From NCBI GenBank assembly GCA_009783635.1, contig WRDC01000001.1, positions 1 through 40,397 on the forward strand: 40,397 nt of DNA, given 5' to 3'. Below are positions 1 to 9,981 of this stretch, one piece after another (positions within the stretch are counted from its first letter, which is position 1; each line of letters opens with the position of its first letter). The translations under genes and the position numbers were made by a program. The stretch comes from Methanimicrococcus sp. (GTDB lineage: Archaea > Halobacteriota > Methanosarcinia > Methanosarcinales > Methanosarcinaceae). A model generated the notes under the pieces. That model worked only from the letters and a program-made list of their open reading frames with translations. It was not told the origin of the DNA and made no database searches.

Positions 1-86
1 TGCCCTTTCTTTTTTGCCCTTTCTTTTTTGCCCTTTCTTTTTTGCCCTTTCTTTTTTGCCCTTTCTTTTTTGCCCTTTCTTTTTTG
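1..86. repeat. 14-bp tandem repeat (TGCCCTTTCTTTTT)x6, truncated by window edge
   Basis: G recurs at 2,16,30,44,58,72,86 with identical units. Confidence 0.95.
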
Positions 87-304
87 ACAGAATTAAGGGG
101 CGAAGCGGGTTTTATAAAAACCGTCTATTTTTTCTGTTGATATAGTTACCGATTTTTAAAAAATCAGAATGCCTATCTACTTTTAAAGATTCGGATGTTT
201 GAAGCAAACCGGGTTCTTACCTCGCAGTTTGCTGCCATCGAATAAACCTGAAAAGCTTGCCGAAAAAAACAACGGCAAGCCCAAAATAAAAAAAGAGGAT
301 AACT

Positions 305-1741
305 ATGAAAAATATGAAACTAATATTCGGAAAAACGCTTCTGATTGCTTTCATTGTCCTGTTCGCCTTCACGGGAACCGCGGCGGCGAAAGAATGGACC
401 GTCGGGGCGTCGGGGTCGGATTTTCAAACCATTCAAGAAGCGGTCGCGGCCGCCGCTGATAATGATGTCATCTCTATCGGCTCGGGAACATATTCGTTCA
501 GCGCGAATTTGAGCGTCAGTAAATCCATTTCATTGATCGGGGAAGACAAAGAAAGCGTTATTTTAGATTTGGGAGGCTTTTCGATCCTGCCTAAAAAAGA
601 GAATTTTGTTCTCCGAAACGTCACATTGACGAACGGCACAAACGGCATCAACCTTCAATCCGACGCCACGAATGCTTTGATTGAAAATTGTATTTTTGAC
701 GGGATGACGCATAACGACGGAATAAAACTGGCTAAGGACGGCGCTGTTTTTAAGGACAATATCGTCAAAAATATGAGCGGTTTTACAAACGCCGTTTATA
801 TCACCGGCAATAATGTCGAATTTATCGGAAACACGCTGACCGGACTTTCAGGAAGCGGCAGCGCCGCCAGAATCGTCTGTTTGGAAAACGCCAGCAATGC
901 TTTGATTCAGGGAAATACGATTACAAACAACGCGGGTGAGGCCATCCGTCTTTGGAAAGCGGAGACCTCAAATGCCGTCATCACTGAAAATACAATTTCC
1001 GGAAATACATTAAAAGGAATTTACATTTATAACGCCGGAGAAAATAATGCGGTCTTCCTGAACAATATCTTTGGTAATGGGGGAGGCAATGTCGCATCTT
1101 ACGGTACGCTGCCGTCATCCGTACTGTTCAACAGCCCGCAGCCGGTGACGCTTTCATACAACGGCGTTTCTTGGACAGGCAACCCCGGCAATTACTGGGG
1201 CAATGACTATAGCGGCGCCGATACAAACGGCAACGGAATCGGAAGCACGCCAAAAACGATTTTAACCGTCTACGCGGACAACGCGCCGCTTTTGAATACG
1301 TTTGCAAGCTACACGGCCGGCGGCGAAGGTCCGCAAGACCCCGGACAGCCTGACCCGCAAGACCCCGGACAGCCTGACGGCAAAAACCCGAGCGGTTCCG
1401 TTTCAATGATTACAAATGTTCTGCCGTCTTTGTCCGTTTCATTCTCCGTGGATTCATTGAATTTCGGTGATTTGTTTGCCGGTCAAACCAGCGAACCGAG
1501 AGAAATGGCAATCACAAACAGCGGCTCATGCGATATCATCGTGACGGTGGAAGTGACGGATTCGTCGGATGTTTTGTACAAACAGGGACTGTGGATCGAT
1601 GACAACTTCTGGCCGAACTATGAAAAAACGGTTCAAAAAGGCCGGACCGTTTCCTCCGAACTCGTCTTAAAAGTTCCGGCGGATTACAGCAATACCGGAA
1701 ATATTGACGGAACCCTGATTTTGTGGGTGGAAGCCGTCTGA
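305..1741 (+). CDS. Secreted cell-surface protein: NosD/PbH1 right-handed beta-helix, PQDPGQPD linker, C-terminal Ig-like domain
   Basis: Signal peptide (..AFTGTAAA|KEW), FQTIQEAVAAA start of beta-helix, Asn-rich repeats, NosD-type GNYWGNDYSGADTNGNGIG motif; SD GAGG upstream. Confidence 0.85.
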   Translation: MKNMKLIFGKTLLIAFIVLFAFTGTAAAKEWTVGASGSDFQTIQEAVAAAADNDVISIGSGTYSFSANLSVSKSISLIGEDKESVILDLGGFSILPKKENFVLRNVTLTNGTNGINLQSDATNALIENCIFDGMTHNDGIKLAKDGAVFKDNIVKNMSGFTNAVYITGNNVEFIGNTLTGLSGSGSAARIVCLENASNALIQGNTITNNAGEAIRLWKAETSNAVITENTISGNTLKGIYIYNAGENNAVFLNNIFGNGGGNVASYGTLPSSVLFNSPQPVTLSYNGVSWTGNPGNYWGNDYSGADTNGNGIGSTPKTILTVYADNAPLLNTFASYTAGGEGPQDPGQPDPQDPGQPDGKNPSGSVSMITNVLPSLSVSFSVDSLNFGDLFAGQTSEPREMAITNSGSCDIIVTVEVTDSSDVLYKQGLWIDDNFWPNYEKTVQKGRTVSSELVLKVPADYSNTGNIDGTLILWVEAV

Positions 1742-1851
1742 AAATGAAAAAAAGACGAAAAAAAATTCTGTAAAACGCCTTTTGTGACAAAAGAAGAAAA
1801 GCGGAAATCATCTCAAGAGATGGTTTTCCGTTTTATTCACAAAAGGGCCGG

Positions 1852-2610
1852 TCAAAGTGATTTCAATCCGGGGTCGTCATCAATAAACAAAACTTCGGCC
1901 TGACCGGCCAGTTCTTTTCCCAGCTTTTCGGCCAAAACTCTCATGGCGGGATTTTCCGTCGCGTAATGACCGGCGTCAATGATTGTCATATCGCCGCGTT
2001 CGCGAAGAACATCGCTGTGCTTCATTTCGGAAGACAAAAACGCATCAACTTTGTGTTCGCGGGCAACCGACATGGCATGGCGGTTGAAACAGCTGCCGCC
2101 GCAGATCATGACTTTTTGAATCGGATTGTCGCCGGCATAAACGAGCGGCGCGTTTAATTTATCGGATACGTTTTTCGCAAACACGTCTGCGGGCGTCTGT
2201 TCAATCATTCCGATGATACCGAAGTCTGTCATGATTTGGTCTTTAAGCCCGAGCATATCGGCCAAAACCGCGTTAACGCCGCCTTCGGCATGGTCATAAT
2301 TGGTATGCATTGCATACACCGAAATGTTGTTGTCAAAAATAATCTTCATGCGTTTCGCAAGCGTTTCGGGAATCGCCGTGACCGGATGGAAAAGAGGCGT
2401 GTGGTGGCAAATCAAAATATCCGCTTCAAACGCGGCGGCTTTTTTCAAAACGGCCGTTGTGACATCCAAGGCGACGGCGATTTTGTTGACCTGCCGGTTT
2501 TTTGTATAGAGCAGGTCTATAATCATACCGATGCGCCCCTCATCGAAACTGTCTGCGATGTCGGGCGGCGCCATTTGTTCCAAAAGTTGAATAAGTTCCT
2601 CTTGCTTCAT
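1852..2610 (-). CDS. Nif3-like dinuclear metal center hexameric protein
   Basis: ALD, HHTPLF, HTNYD and DAGHYATE motifs of the NIF3 family; alternative start 2631. Confidence 0.9.
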   Translation of the reverse strand: MKQEELIQLLEQMAPPDIADSFDEGRIGMIIDLLYTKNRQVNKIAVALDVTTAVLKKAAAFEADILICHHTPLFHPVTAIPETLAKRMKIIFDNNISVYAMHTNYDHAEGGVNAVLADMLGLKDQIMTDFGIIGMIEQTPADVFAKNVSDKLNAPLVYAGDNPIQKVMICGGSCFNRHAMSVAREHKVDAFLSSEMKHSDVLRERGDMTIIDAGHYATENPAMRVLAEKLGKELAGQAEVLFIDDDPGLKSL

Positions 2611-2738
2611 AAACGGTAAAAATGTCTGCATCCTTTAAATAGAAGACGACATTATTCATGCAAAATATCATTTAATACGATTCAATCATAAATTTTGAGA
2701 ATCAGCCAATCACCGCCATTTGAAAGAGGTATAAAATT

Positions 2739-3461
2739 ATGACCGCTCCTCCGGTTCACCGGGCACCCAAACACGATGTTAAAAGAAAGAAAAATCTGGC
2801 GAAATTAAAAGCGCGCCAAAAGACGAAATCAATGGATAAAATCGAAAAGAAGAACGATGCCGTGACTTTTGAAGTCGTTTTTGTCGGCCGTTCCAACGTC
2901 GGTAAATCAACGCTTTTGAAAAACCTGACCGGCCGAGCTGTGCGCACGGGAAAAAGACCGGGTGTGACTTTGAAGCCGACACACCTTTATTTTGATGACT
3001 TTTTAATCACCGATATGCCGGGATTCGGTTTTATGTCCGGCGTCACCAAAGAAAAGGCGGAAGGCGTCAAAGATGAAATCGTTCAGTATATTGAAAACCA
3101 TGCCGACCGAATCCGGATTGCCGTTCAGGTGATCGACGGGCCGGCGTTTGCCCAAATCGCGAATCGCTGGGATTTTCGGGATGAAATCCCGATCGATATT
3201 GAACTTCATGATTTTTTGGAAGAAATGGGCATTGTGACAATTATCGCCGCGAATAAAATGGACAAAGTCAATGATGATGAAAAGGATGCCATGCTGGATG
3301 AAATTGTTGATATTTTCGGGTATGAAGGTGCATGGAAAGAAAGCGGCGCTTTGGTGACGCCCGTCATCGCCCGCGGCGGCGACATCCGTCCGCTGATATC
3401 ATGCCTGAGAAATGAATTCCATAAGATGAAAAGAGACGATTTGTTGAAACATTTCAGCTGA
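2739..3461 (+). CDS. engB: GTP-binding protein EngB
   Basis: GRSNVGKS (G1), PGVT, DMPGFG (G3), NKMD (G4); SD GAGGT at 2726-2730. Confidence 0.92.
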   Translation: MTAPPVHRAPKHDVKRKKNLAKLKARQKTKSMDKIEKKNDAVTFEVVFVGRSNVGKSTLLKNLTGRAVRTGKRPGVTLKPTHLYFDDFLITDMPGFGFMSGVTKEKAEGVKDEIVQYIENHADRIRIAVQVIDGPAFAQIANRWDFRDEIPIDIELHDFLEEMGIVTIIAANKMDKVNDDEKDAMLDEIVDIFGYEGAWKESGALVTPVIARGGDIRPLISCLRNEFHKMKRDDLLKHFS

Positions 3462-3472
3462 GGGGAGAGGAA

Positions 3473-4819
3473 ATGACCGATATATTTGAAATTGCCGAAA
3501 AAATTATTTCGGAAGGACCGATTTGTGATCACTGCCTCGGCCGCCAATTCGCGAAATTGTCAACCGGCCTCGGGAACGATGAACGCGGAAAAGCTGTCAA
3601 ACTGGTCATGGCAATGGATGCCGACCGCCGCTTTAAAGACAGCGGGGATCAAACACTTTTAGAAAAAATGGCGCCCTCAAGCATCCACTCTCAAAAAACG
3701 ATGAGAAAAGAAGGATTGAGCGATGAAGGCGACAGCGAACCCATCGTTTCCAAATGCCGGATTTGTCTGGACATCTTCAAAAATTTGGATTATTGGGCGG
3801 ATATGGCAATTGAAAAACTTCAGGGAATCGAATACGAAACATTTTTGGCCGGCACCAAACTGAGCGGGCTTCTCAGTGAGAATGAAGAATATTTATGGGA
3901 ACAGTGCGGCACGGCTTACGCCGAACAGCTGAAGAGTGAACTCAATCGTGAGATCGGCAAAATTCTTTCTCAAAAAACCGGCAAATCGGTCGCATTTTCA
4001 AACCCCGACATCATGATTACATTTGACATTGCTTCAAAAACAGCAGCCGTTGACATCCGCTCCTTGTATATTTACGGCCGGTACCTCAAGAAGGTACGGG
4101 GCATTCCGCAAACGAAATGGCCGTGCCGGGACTGCCGCGGGCACGGCTGCGAGAAGTGCGGCGGCACCGGTAAGCAGTATCCGGAATCCGTCGGCGAGCT
4201 GGCCGGCTACCCGCTGTGGAAAGCCGCCGGATCGGAAGATGTTGTCTTCCACGGAGCGGGCCGCGAAGATATTGACGCGCTGATGCTCGGCACCGGCCGG
4301 CCGTTCGTTTTGGAAGCAACGGCGCCGTTGAAACGGGAATTAGATTTAAAAACGCTGGAAAAAGAAATCAATTCATATGCGCAGGGCAAAATCGAAGTTT
4401 CCAAATTGACATTCTGCGGCAAAAGCATGGTGGAGAAATTAAAAACCGAGAAAGCGCAAAAAACCTACCGTTTAAAAATCCGTTTTGAATCGCCTGTTGC
4501 GGAAGAAAACCTGAAAGCCGTTTTAAAAGAATTGGAAGGTCAGGAAATCAATCAGAACACGCCCAACCGCGTCAAGCACCGGAGAGCCGATTTGTGCCGG
4601 AACCGTACGGTTCATACCGCCGAATTGGAAAAGACGGAAACGGAAAAGGTGTTTGAAACGGCGTGGGTTAAGATTCTCTGCGACGGCGGTCTTTATGTCA
4701 AAGAGTTGGCATCGGGCGACGAGGGGCGAACGGTTCCGAGTCTTTCGGGGCTGCTGGGCGTCGGCGCGAAAGTTGAAGAACTGGATGTCATCGACGTCAA
4801 TATCGCGGACGCGGAATAA
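3473..4819 (+). CDS. pus10: tRNA pseudouridine(54/55) synthase Pus10
   Basis: N-terminal CDHCLGR, GRYxK, PQTKWPC, catalytic HGAGREDID, GGLYVKEL; conserved position before rpl21e. Confidence 0.95.
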   Translation: MTDIFEIAEKIISEGPICDHCLGRQFAKLSTGLGNDERGKAVKLVMAMDADRRFKDSGDQTLLEKMAPSSIHSQKTMRKEGLSDEGDSEPIVSKCRICLDIFKNLDYWADMAIEKLQGIEYETFLAGTKLSGLLSENEEYLWEQCGTAYAEQLKSELNREIGKILSQKTGKSVAFSNPDIMITFDIASKTAAVDIRSLYIYGRYLKKVRGIPQTKWPCRDCRGHGCEKCGGTGKQYPESVGELAGYPLWKAAGSEDVVFHGAGREDIDALMLGTGRPFVLEATAPLKRELDLKTLEKEINSYAQGKIEVSKLTFCGKSMVEKLKTEKAQKTYRLKIRFESPVAEENLKAVLKELEGQEINQNTPNRVKHRRADLCRNRTVHTAELEKTETEKVFETAWVKILCDGGLYVKELASGDEGRTVPSLSGLLGVGAKVEELDVIDVNIADAE

Positions 4820-4826
4820 CGCCGAA

Positions 4827-4950
4827 GTGTCATTGAACAGTGCATCATCAAACAGTGCATCATCGAACAGTGCATCATCGAACAGCGTATCATCAAACAG
4901 AGTATCATCGAACAGTGTATCAATTGAACAGAGTATCATTGAACAGAGTA
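4827..4950. repeat. 15-bp tandem repeat, ~8 copies (consensus TCATCGAACAGTGYA)
   Basis: AACAG at 4836,4851,4866,4881,4896,4911,4927,4942. Confidence 0.9.
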
Positions 4951-5327
4951 CTTGACCGGAATAAAAGGATAATATTTATTAAGGTTGGGTCACTTGTTTG
5001 ATTCCTTCCTGTTGATAAACTTAATATATCAAAATAATTATTCATGCTAAAGTTAAGCAAAACGAAGCACGGAAATAATTGTTTTTTAAGATCAATAAAC
5101 AAGAGCCGAGAGCGGCTCATTTCATATGAATTCATATGAACCGCCCCATTCCGGTCCCGCTTCGAAGAACAAGCCGGCCGTACTCAAATCGGATTGAACC
5201 GGCAAAGCTGACCGGATTAAACTCGGTCTCAAAACCGCTCGGTAATGAGCGGCCCTTAATCATTCCCCATCACATTCACCCCATCATTAATGACAACATT
5301 GACGTCATAAATCAGGAGATTTTAAAA

Positions 5328-5624
5328 ATGTCATCTAAATCCGCAGGCGAAAGACGCTGCACAAGATATAAGCTCAAAAACTCGATTCGTGAAAGAGGCA
5401 CATCTGCGCCGAGCAGAGCCATTCAAGAATTCGAAGACGGTCAAATGGTCCACATTGACATTGACGCAAGCCTTCAGAAAGGACACCCCAACCCGAAGTT
5501 TCAGGGTTCCACCGGTAAAGTCGTCGGTCAGAGAGGCCGCGCATATGTTTTAAGTGTCAGAGACGGCAAGTCCATGAAGGAAGTCATTTCTCTTCCGCAG
5601 CACTTAAAACCGCAGAAATATTAA
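5328..5624 (+). CDS. rpl21e: 50S ribosomal protein eL21
   Basis: [41 protein letters not shown]; SD AGGAG before ATG 5328. Confidence 0.96.
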   Translation: MSSKSAGERRCTRYKLKNSIRERGTSAPSRAIQEFEDGQMVHIDIDASLQKGHPNPKFQGSTGKVVGQRGRAYVLSVRDGKSMKEVISLPQHLKPQKY

Positions 5625-5772
5625 TCAAGTTATTGAAATTCAAGTTATTGAAATCTGGAAACAGGCTTCTTTTTATTTAATCTTTTTATTTAAATAAGAT
5701 TAAGCCTTTCTTTTTTTTACAGAACAGGATTCATCCGCGGGCCGGATGGAAAATTCCCGGAAGTGTTTTGAA

Positions 5773-6126
5773 ATGATTGTTAAAGAAGTCGTTGGCGAAG
5801 AACTCTTGACCCTTGCCGAAGTTAAGGAAATGCTCATCCGAATTATGGACGAAAGACGTGAAGAAAGCGATGAAGAACAGGTTTATGAATTCAGAAAAGC
5901 CTTGAATCACGCCGAAGTTTTCGCAAAATTGAGCGCGAAGGACGCCAAAGAAATGGTCGCCAAACTTTTAGAGTTCGAAAAAATGAGACCGGTGGTTGCC
6001 GTCAGAATTGCCGACATCCTTCCGCAATCCAGAGATGAGCTCAGGTCTATTTACGCGAAAGAAAAGTTCACATTAAAAGATGAAGACTTGGATGCCATTT
6101 TGGACGTCGTCAGACAGTTTGCTTAA
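5773..6126 (+). CDS. rpoF: RNA polymerase subunit Rpo4 (RpoF)
   Basis: MIVKEV..EELLTLAEVKE, IADILPQSRDELRSIYAKE; follows rpl21e. Confidence 0.93.
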   Translation: MIVKEVVGEELLTLAEVKEMLIRIMDERREESDEEQVYEFRKALNHAEVFAKLSAKDAKEMVAKLLEFEKMRPVVAVRIADILPQSRDELRSIYAKEKFTLKDEDLDAILDVVRQFA

Positions 6127-6139
6127 AACGGCTCTTTCA

Positions 6140-6281
6140 AAAAAAATGTTTTCATTTTTAATTTTTTTTAAAATTTTTTTAAAATTTTTTCAAAGTTTTT
6201 TAAGTTTTTTCAAAGTTTTTTAAGTTTTTTGAATTTTTTTTAAGTTTTTTGAATTTTTTTTAAGTTTTTTTCAAAAGTTTC
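6140..6281 (+). terminator. Long T-rich reiterated tract (AAG/AAT-T6-9 units), probable oligo-U terminator region of rpoF
   Basis: Repeated AAGTTTTTT / GAATTTTTTT units directly after the rpoF stop. Confidence 0.55.
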
Positions 6282-6452
6282 TTCTGAATTCAATGGAGAA
6301 GTGCTGAAACCTTCATGATTGCGATGAAGTCATGAAACCGGCACTTCTCACTTCTTGATTGAAGATAAGTATGAATAAAAACGGTTAAAATATATTTAAT
6401 GTAAAGCGAAGGCGTCAAATCTGATGTCAATTGACAGAAATCAAAAATGCTG

Positions 6453-6486
6453 AACCGAAAAAGCCCCGGTAACGGGGCTTTCGGTT
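6453..6486. terminator. GC-rich hairpin (AAGCCCCG-GTAA-CGGGGCTT) in convergent intergenic region
   Basis: Perfect inverted repeat with GNRA-type loop about 50 nt past the DUF35 stop. Confidence 0.5.
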
Positions 6487-6538
6487 TTATTTTAATTCGT
6501 TTTTTTAATTCGTTTTTTATAATCTGATTTCGAATCAG

Positions 6539-6934
6539 TTACTCTTTGTCCAGCTCGAACTTGGTGCCGTAGTAAATCATACCGGAGTCGCCGTCGCTGC
6601 CGAGTCTTCTGAAAACGGCGTGTACGCGTTTTCCGGTGGCAACTTTTTCGGGCTCGTCCACGATTTGTGTTGTGAGCTTGGCGCCTTCATCGAGTTCGAC
6701 AATGGCGAGCACATACGGAACGAGGTCGCTGAAGTCATCGGAGGTGGTATGCGTGATTGTGTAGGTCACAATCTTTCCGTTTCCTTTGAACTTGTACTGT
6801 TCCATGTCGCCGTCGCGGCGGCAGTCCGGACAGAGGTTTCTGATCGGATAGTAATAGCTGCCACAGGTCCGGCAATGAGAACCGACGAGATTGTATCTGC
6901 TTTGCTGTTCTCTCCAAAATCTTGGTACTGTCAT
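6539..6934 (-). CDS. DUF35 Zn-ribbon/OB-fold scaffold of the thiolase-HMGS complex
   Basis: VPRFWR, CRTCG..CPDCR, OB-fold, YGTKF; adjacent to thiolase and HMGS. Confidence 0.93.
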   Translation of the reverse strand: MTVPRFWREQQSRYNLVGSHCRTCGSYYYPIRNLCPDCRRDGDMEQYKFKGNGKIVTYTITHTTSDDFSDLVPYVLAIVELDEGAKLTTQIVDEPEKVATGKRVHAVFRRLGSDGDSGMIYYGTKFELDKE

Positions 6935-6939
6935 TGTAA

Positions 6940-8112
6940 TCACCTCTCATTTGAGAATATATGAACCACTGCAGTTGCGCCTGATCCGCCAATGTTGTGC
7001 GTCATGCCGTACTTCGCGCCGGTCACTTGGCGCTTGCCCGCCTCTCCGCGGAGCTGGTGAACAGCTTCCACGGCCTGTTTGACACCGGTGGCGCCGACAG
7101 GGTGGCCGGTGGATTTCAAACCGCCGGACGGGTTGACGGAAATCTTTGAATTGAGCGCGGTTTCGCCGGCCATGGAAGCCGGACCGCCTTTCCCTTTCTC
7201 AAAGAAGCCGAGGTCCTCAATCGCGCAAATTTCAGCGATTGTGAAACAGTCATGGACTTCAACAAAATTGATGTCTTTGGGGGTGAGGCCGGCCATTTCA
7301 TAAGCGCGTTTACCTGCAGCCACCGTGGCGTCAAGTGTTGTGATGTCTCTTCTGTCGTGGAGGGCGATGGTGTCGCTGGCCTGAGTGCTGGCTTTGATAT
7401 AAATCGGGGCGTCCGTGTAGTTGTGCGCTTCATCGGCAGGCACCACAACGACTGCGGCCGCGCCGTCAGAGACGGGTGAGCAGTCCAGAATGTGAAGCGG
7501 GTCGGAAACCATAATGGATTTCAAAACCTGATCAATCGTGAGCTTGCTTCTGAATTGGGCGATCGGGTTGTTCAAACCGTTTTCGTGGTTTTTCACGGCC
7601 ACAGCCGCCATCTGTTCGCTTGTTGTTCCGTATTTCTCCATGTGGAGCCGGGCAATCATTGCGTAAATACCCGGGAACGTGGCGCCCAAGATGCCTTCCC
7701 ATTCACGGTCAGCGGCGGCCGCAAGCGCGTCCGTCACACCGGATCCGTCAATGTCCGTCATTTTCTCAGCGCCCGCCGCAATGGCCACATTGCTGTAACC
7801 GGAAGCGACAGCCATCACAGCCTGACGAAGGGCCAGACCGCCGGAAGCGCAGGCCGCTTCCACACGGGTAGATGGAATGTGCAATCCTTTCGCAAGACCG
7901 GAATAGTCCGCAATCAATGCGCCCAGATGCTCCTGTTCAATGAATTTGCCACCGCTCATGTTGCCGACGTACATCATATCAATTTCTTCGCCGCTGATGC
8001 CCGCGTCTTCAATAGCGCCGGCACCGGCTTCAACAACAATGTCTCTGAGGGATTGTTCCCAAAGTTCTCCGAAATCGGTTGTTTTCGCACCGACAATTGC
8101 TACTTCTCTCAT
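6940..8112 (-). CDS. Acetoacetyl-CoA thiolase
   Basis: [30 protein letters not shown]; SD GAGGTG before ATG 8112. Confidence 0.95.
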   Translation of the reverse strand: MREVAIVGAKTTDFGELWEQSLRDIVVEAGAGAIEDAGISGEEIDMMYVGNMSGGKFIEQEHLGALIADYSGLAKGLHIPSTRVEAACASGGLALRQAVMAVASGYSNVAIAAGAEKMTDIDGSGVTDALAAAADREWEGILGATFPGIYAMIARLHMEKYGTTSEQMAAVAVKNHENGLNNPIAQFRSKLTIDQVLKSIMVSDPLHILDCSPVSDGAAAVVVVPADEAHNYTDAPIYIKASTQASDTIALHDRRDITTLDATVAAGKRAYEMAGLTPKDINFVEVHDCFTIAEICAIEDLGFFEKGKGGPASMAGETALNSKISVNPSGGLKSTGHPVGATGVKQAVEAVHQLRGEAGKRQVTGAKYGMTHNIGGSGATAVVHIFSNER

Positions 8113-8122
8113 TTCTAACACC

Positions 8123-9172
8123 TCATCCGAAATTGATTTTACCTTTGTGGTGCGCGTATTTGCCATAGTCCAAGTAAATCGGGTCGGACAACAGCTTCTG
8201 AACAGACGGCGCTTTGTCGCGGACTTCTTCGATCTTGTCGGTGACACGGATGCTGAACGCGTCAGCTCCTGCGCCGGAGCCGTAAGCAGTTGCGAAAATG
8301 CGGTCTCCCGGTTTGGCAACGTCAAGTGTTGCGGCGATGCCCATCAAACAGGAACCTGAATAGGTGTTTCCGAGTTTCGGGACAACAAGTCCGGGTTTGA
8401 TCTGTTCGTTTGTAAAGCCGAGCATTTGGGCGGCTTTTTCGGGGAATTTGCCGTTGGGCTGATGGAAAACAGCGTATTTATAGTCTTCCGGCGCGGTTCC
8501 CATTTTCTTAAGAAGGCCTTTGGCGCCGCTTGTGATATGTCTGAAGTAACCCGGGTCGCCCGTGAAACGTCCGCCGTGGCTCGGATAGTGCTGGCTTTCA
8601 CGTCTCCAAAAGTCGGGGGTGTCGGTTGTAAAAGAGTATGTGTCTTCAATAACGGCGATCAATTCAGATTCCTTGCTGCCGATGATGAAAGCGACACCGC
8701 CGGCGGCGGCTGTGTATTCGAGCGCGTCGTTTGGCGCGCCTTGCGAGACGTCAGCGCCGATGGCAAGACCCAAGTCGATCATGCCGGAGCCGACAAGACC
8801 CATACAGACCTGAACGGCTGCAGATCCGGCTTTACATGCAAATTCAAAGTCGGCGGCTGTCATATGCGGCGCTGCGCCGACGGCTTCCGCGACAATTGTA
8901 CTGGTCGGTTTGACCGCATACGGGTGGCTTTCGGAGCCGGTGTAGACCGCTCCGATTCTTTGCGCATCAACGCCTGCGCGTTTGAATGCGTTTCTTGCTG
9001 CCGAGACGGCAATCGTCGCCGCGTCTTCGTCAACATCGGGAACGGATTTTTCATAGACTTTTAATCCGTTCTTTAAAATTTCGGCATCTCCGCCCCAAAT
9101 CTTAGCGATTTCTTCAGTTTTGATTCTGTGGCGGGGAATGTATGCGCCGTAGGAAACAATTCCAACTGTCAT
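8123..9172 (-). CDS. hmgS: Hydroxymethylglutaryl-CoA synthase (archaeal type)
   Basis: [18 protein letters not shown] (catalytic Cys), [21 protein letters not shown]. Confidence 0.96.
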   Translation of the reverse strand: MTVGIVSYGAYIPRHRIKTEEIAKIWGGDAEILKNGLKVYEKSVPDVDEDAATIAVSAARNAFKRAGVDAQRIGAVYTGSESHPYAVKPTSTIVAEAVGAAPHMTAADFEFACKAGSAAVQVCMGLVGSGMIDLGLAIGADVSQGAPNDALEYTAAAGGVAFIIGSKESELIAVIEDTYSFTTDTPDFWRRESQHYPSHGGRFTGDPGYFRHITSGAKGLLKKMGTAPEDYKYAVFHQPNGKFPEKAAQMLGFTNEQIKPGLVVPKLGNTYSGSCLMGIAATLDVAKPGDRIFATAYGSGAGADAFSIRVTDKIEEVRDKAPSVQKLLSDPIYLDYGKYAHHKGKINFG

Positions 9173-9893
9173 GTATTCACCTTTTGTGTTGATTCGTATG
9201 ATTGCCGAGGACTTATGAAATCAAAAGAATTCGAAAACAAGCAACCATCTCATATCTTTTCCGGTAATATGTATTGGTACATTCGTTTCAGCTTTTATTT
9301 TGAGCTGGTCGGTTCAAACATGAATAAAAACGTACGGACCGGCGAGATAATAATCACATTTCCGTCTGTTTAACTCGAAATGAGAACAAATTAATATTCC
9401 CTCGGTGGCGAATCGGAAAATGATTAAAAAAATGACCGATTATTACGGATTTATTAATTGTTATGTCTTGGCTTTGAAACAGACGAACAAACCATAGAAA
9501 GCTGCCGGCAATGTGATTCCCGGCAGCCCTTCGATGCAGATTTTTCGTTTTTCCTCAATTTCGTTTTTTGTCGTTTTTTAAACCATTTCTTCTGTCTGTT
9601 TAGAGCATTACCTCTTTGTCTTCGGGCGTTCTCTGATGAATCAAAGCGACATACCGAAGCACTTAGTGCAAAGGATGGAATGGTGGTATATAAATATAAC
9701 GAAGGTCACTTCGTTGATCGACGTGAAAAAGAAGGAATTTTTGCTAAAAAATACGGCTATTTAATAAGTGAAATAAATAACGGTTAAAATGATGACAGAT
9801 CTTTTTTATCAAGAAAATTATGAAAATGGAGAAGCTAAAGTCTGGAAAGTTTGTAAACCGACAGCGGTCTCCGGCTTCTCAGAATCCGGCTGA

Positions 9894-9974
9894 CTGAAAT
9901 AACATGAAATAATACCGGCTGAAATAACATGAAATAATACCGGCCGGAATGACATGAAATCATACCGGCTGAAA
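9894..9974. repeat. 25-bp tandem repeat (CTGAAATAACATGAAATAATACCGG) ~3 copies
   Basis: Direct repeats immediately downstream of the HTH gene stop. Confidence 0.85.
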
Positions 9975-9981
9975 AAAGCAG

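Noticed and set aside
5136-5327. N-terminal extension of rpl21e in the ORF track
   Set aside because: Homology and SD point to ATG 5328
8113-8325. Extended thiolase start overlapping HMGS
   Set aside because: Overlaps HMGS in another frame; SD GAGGTG supports ATG 8112
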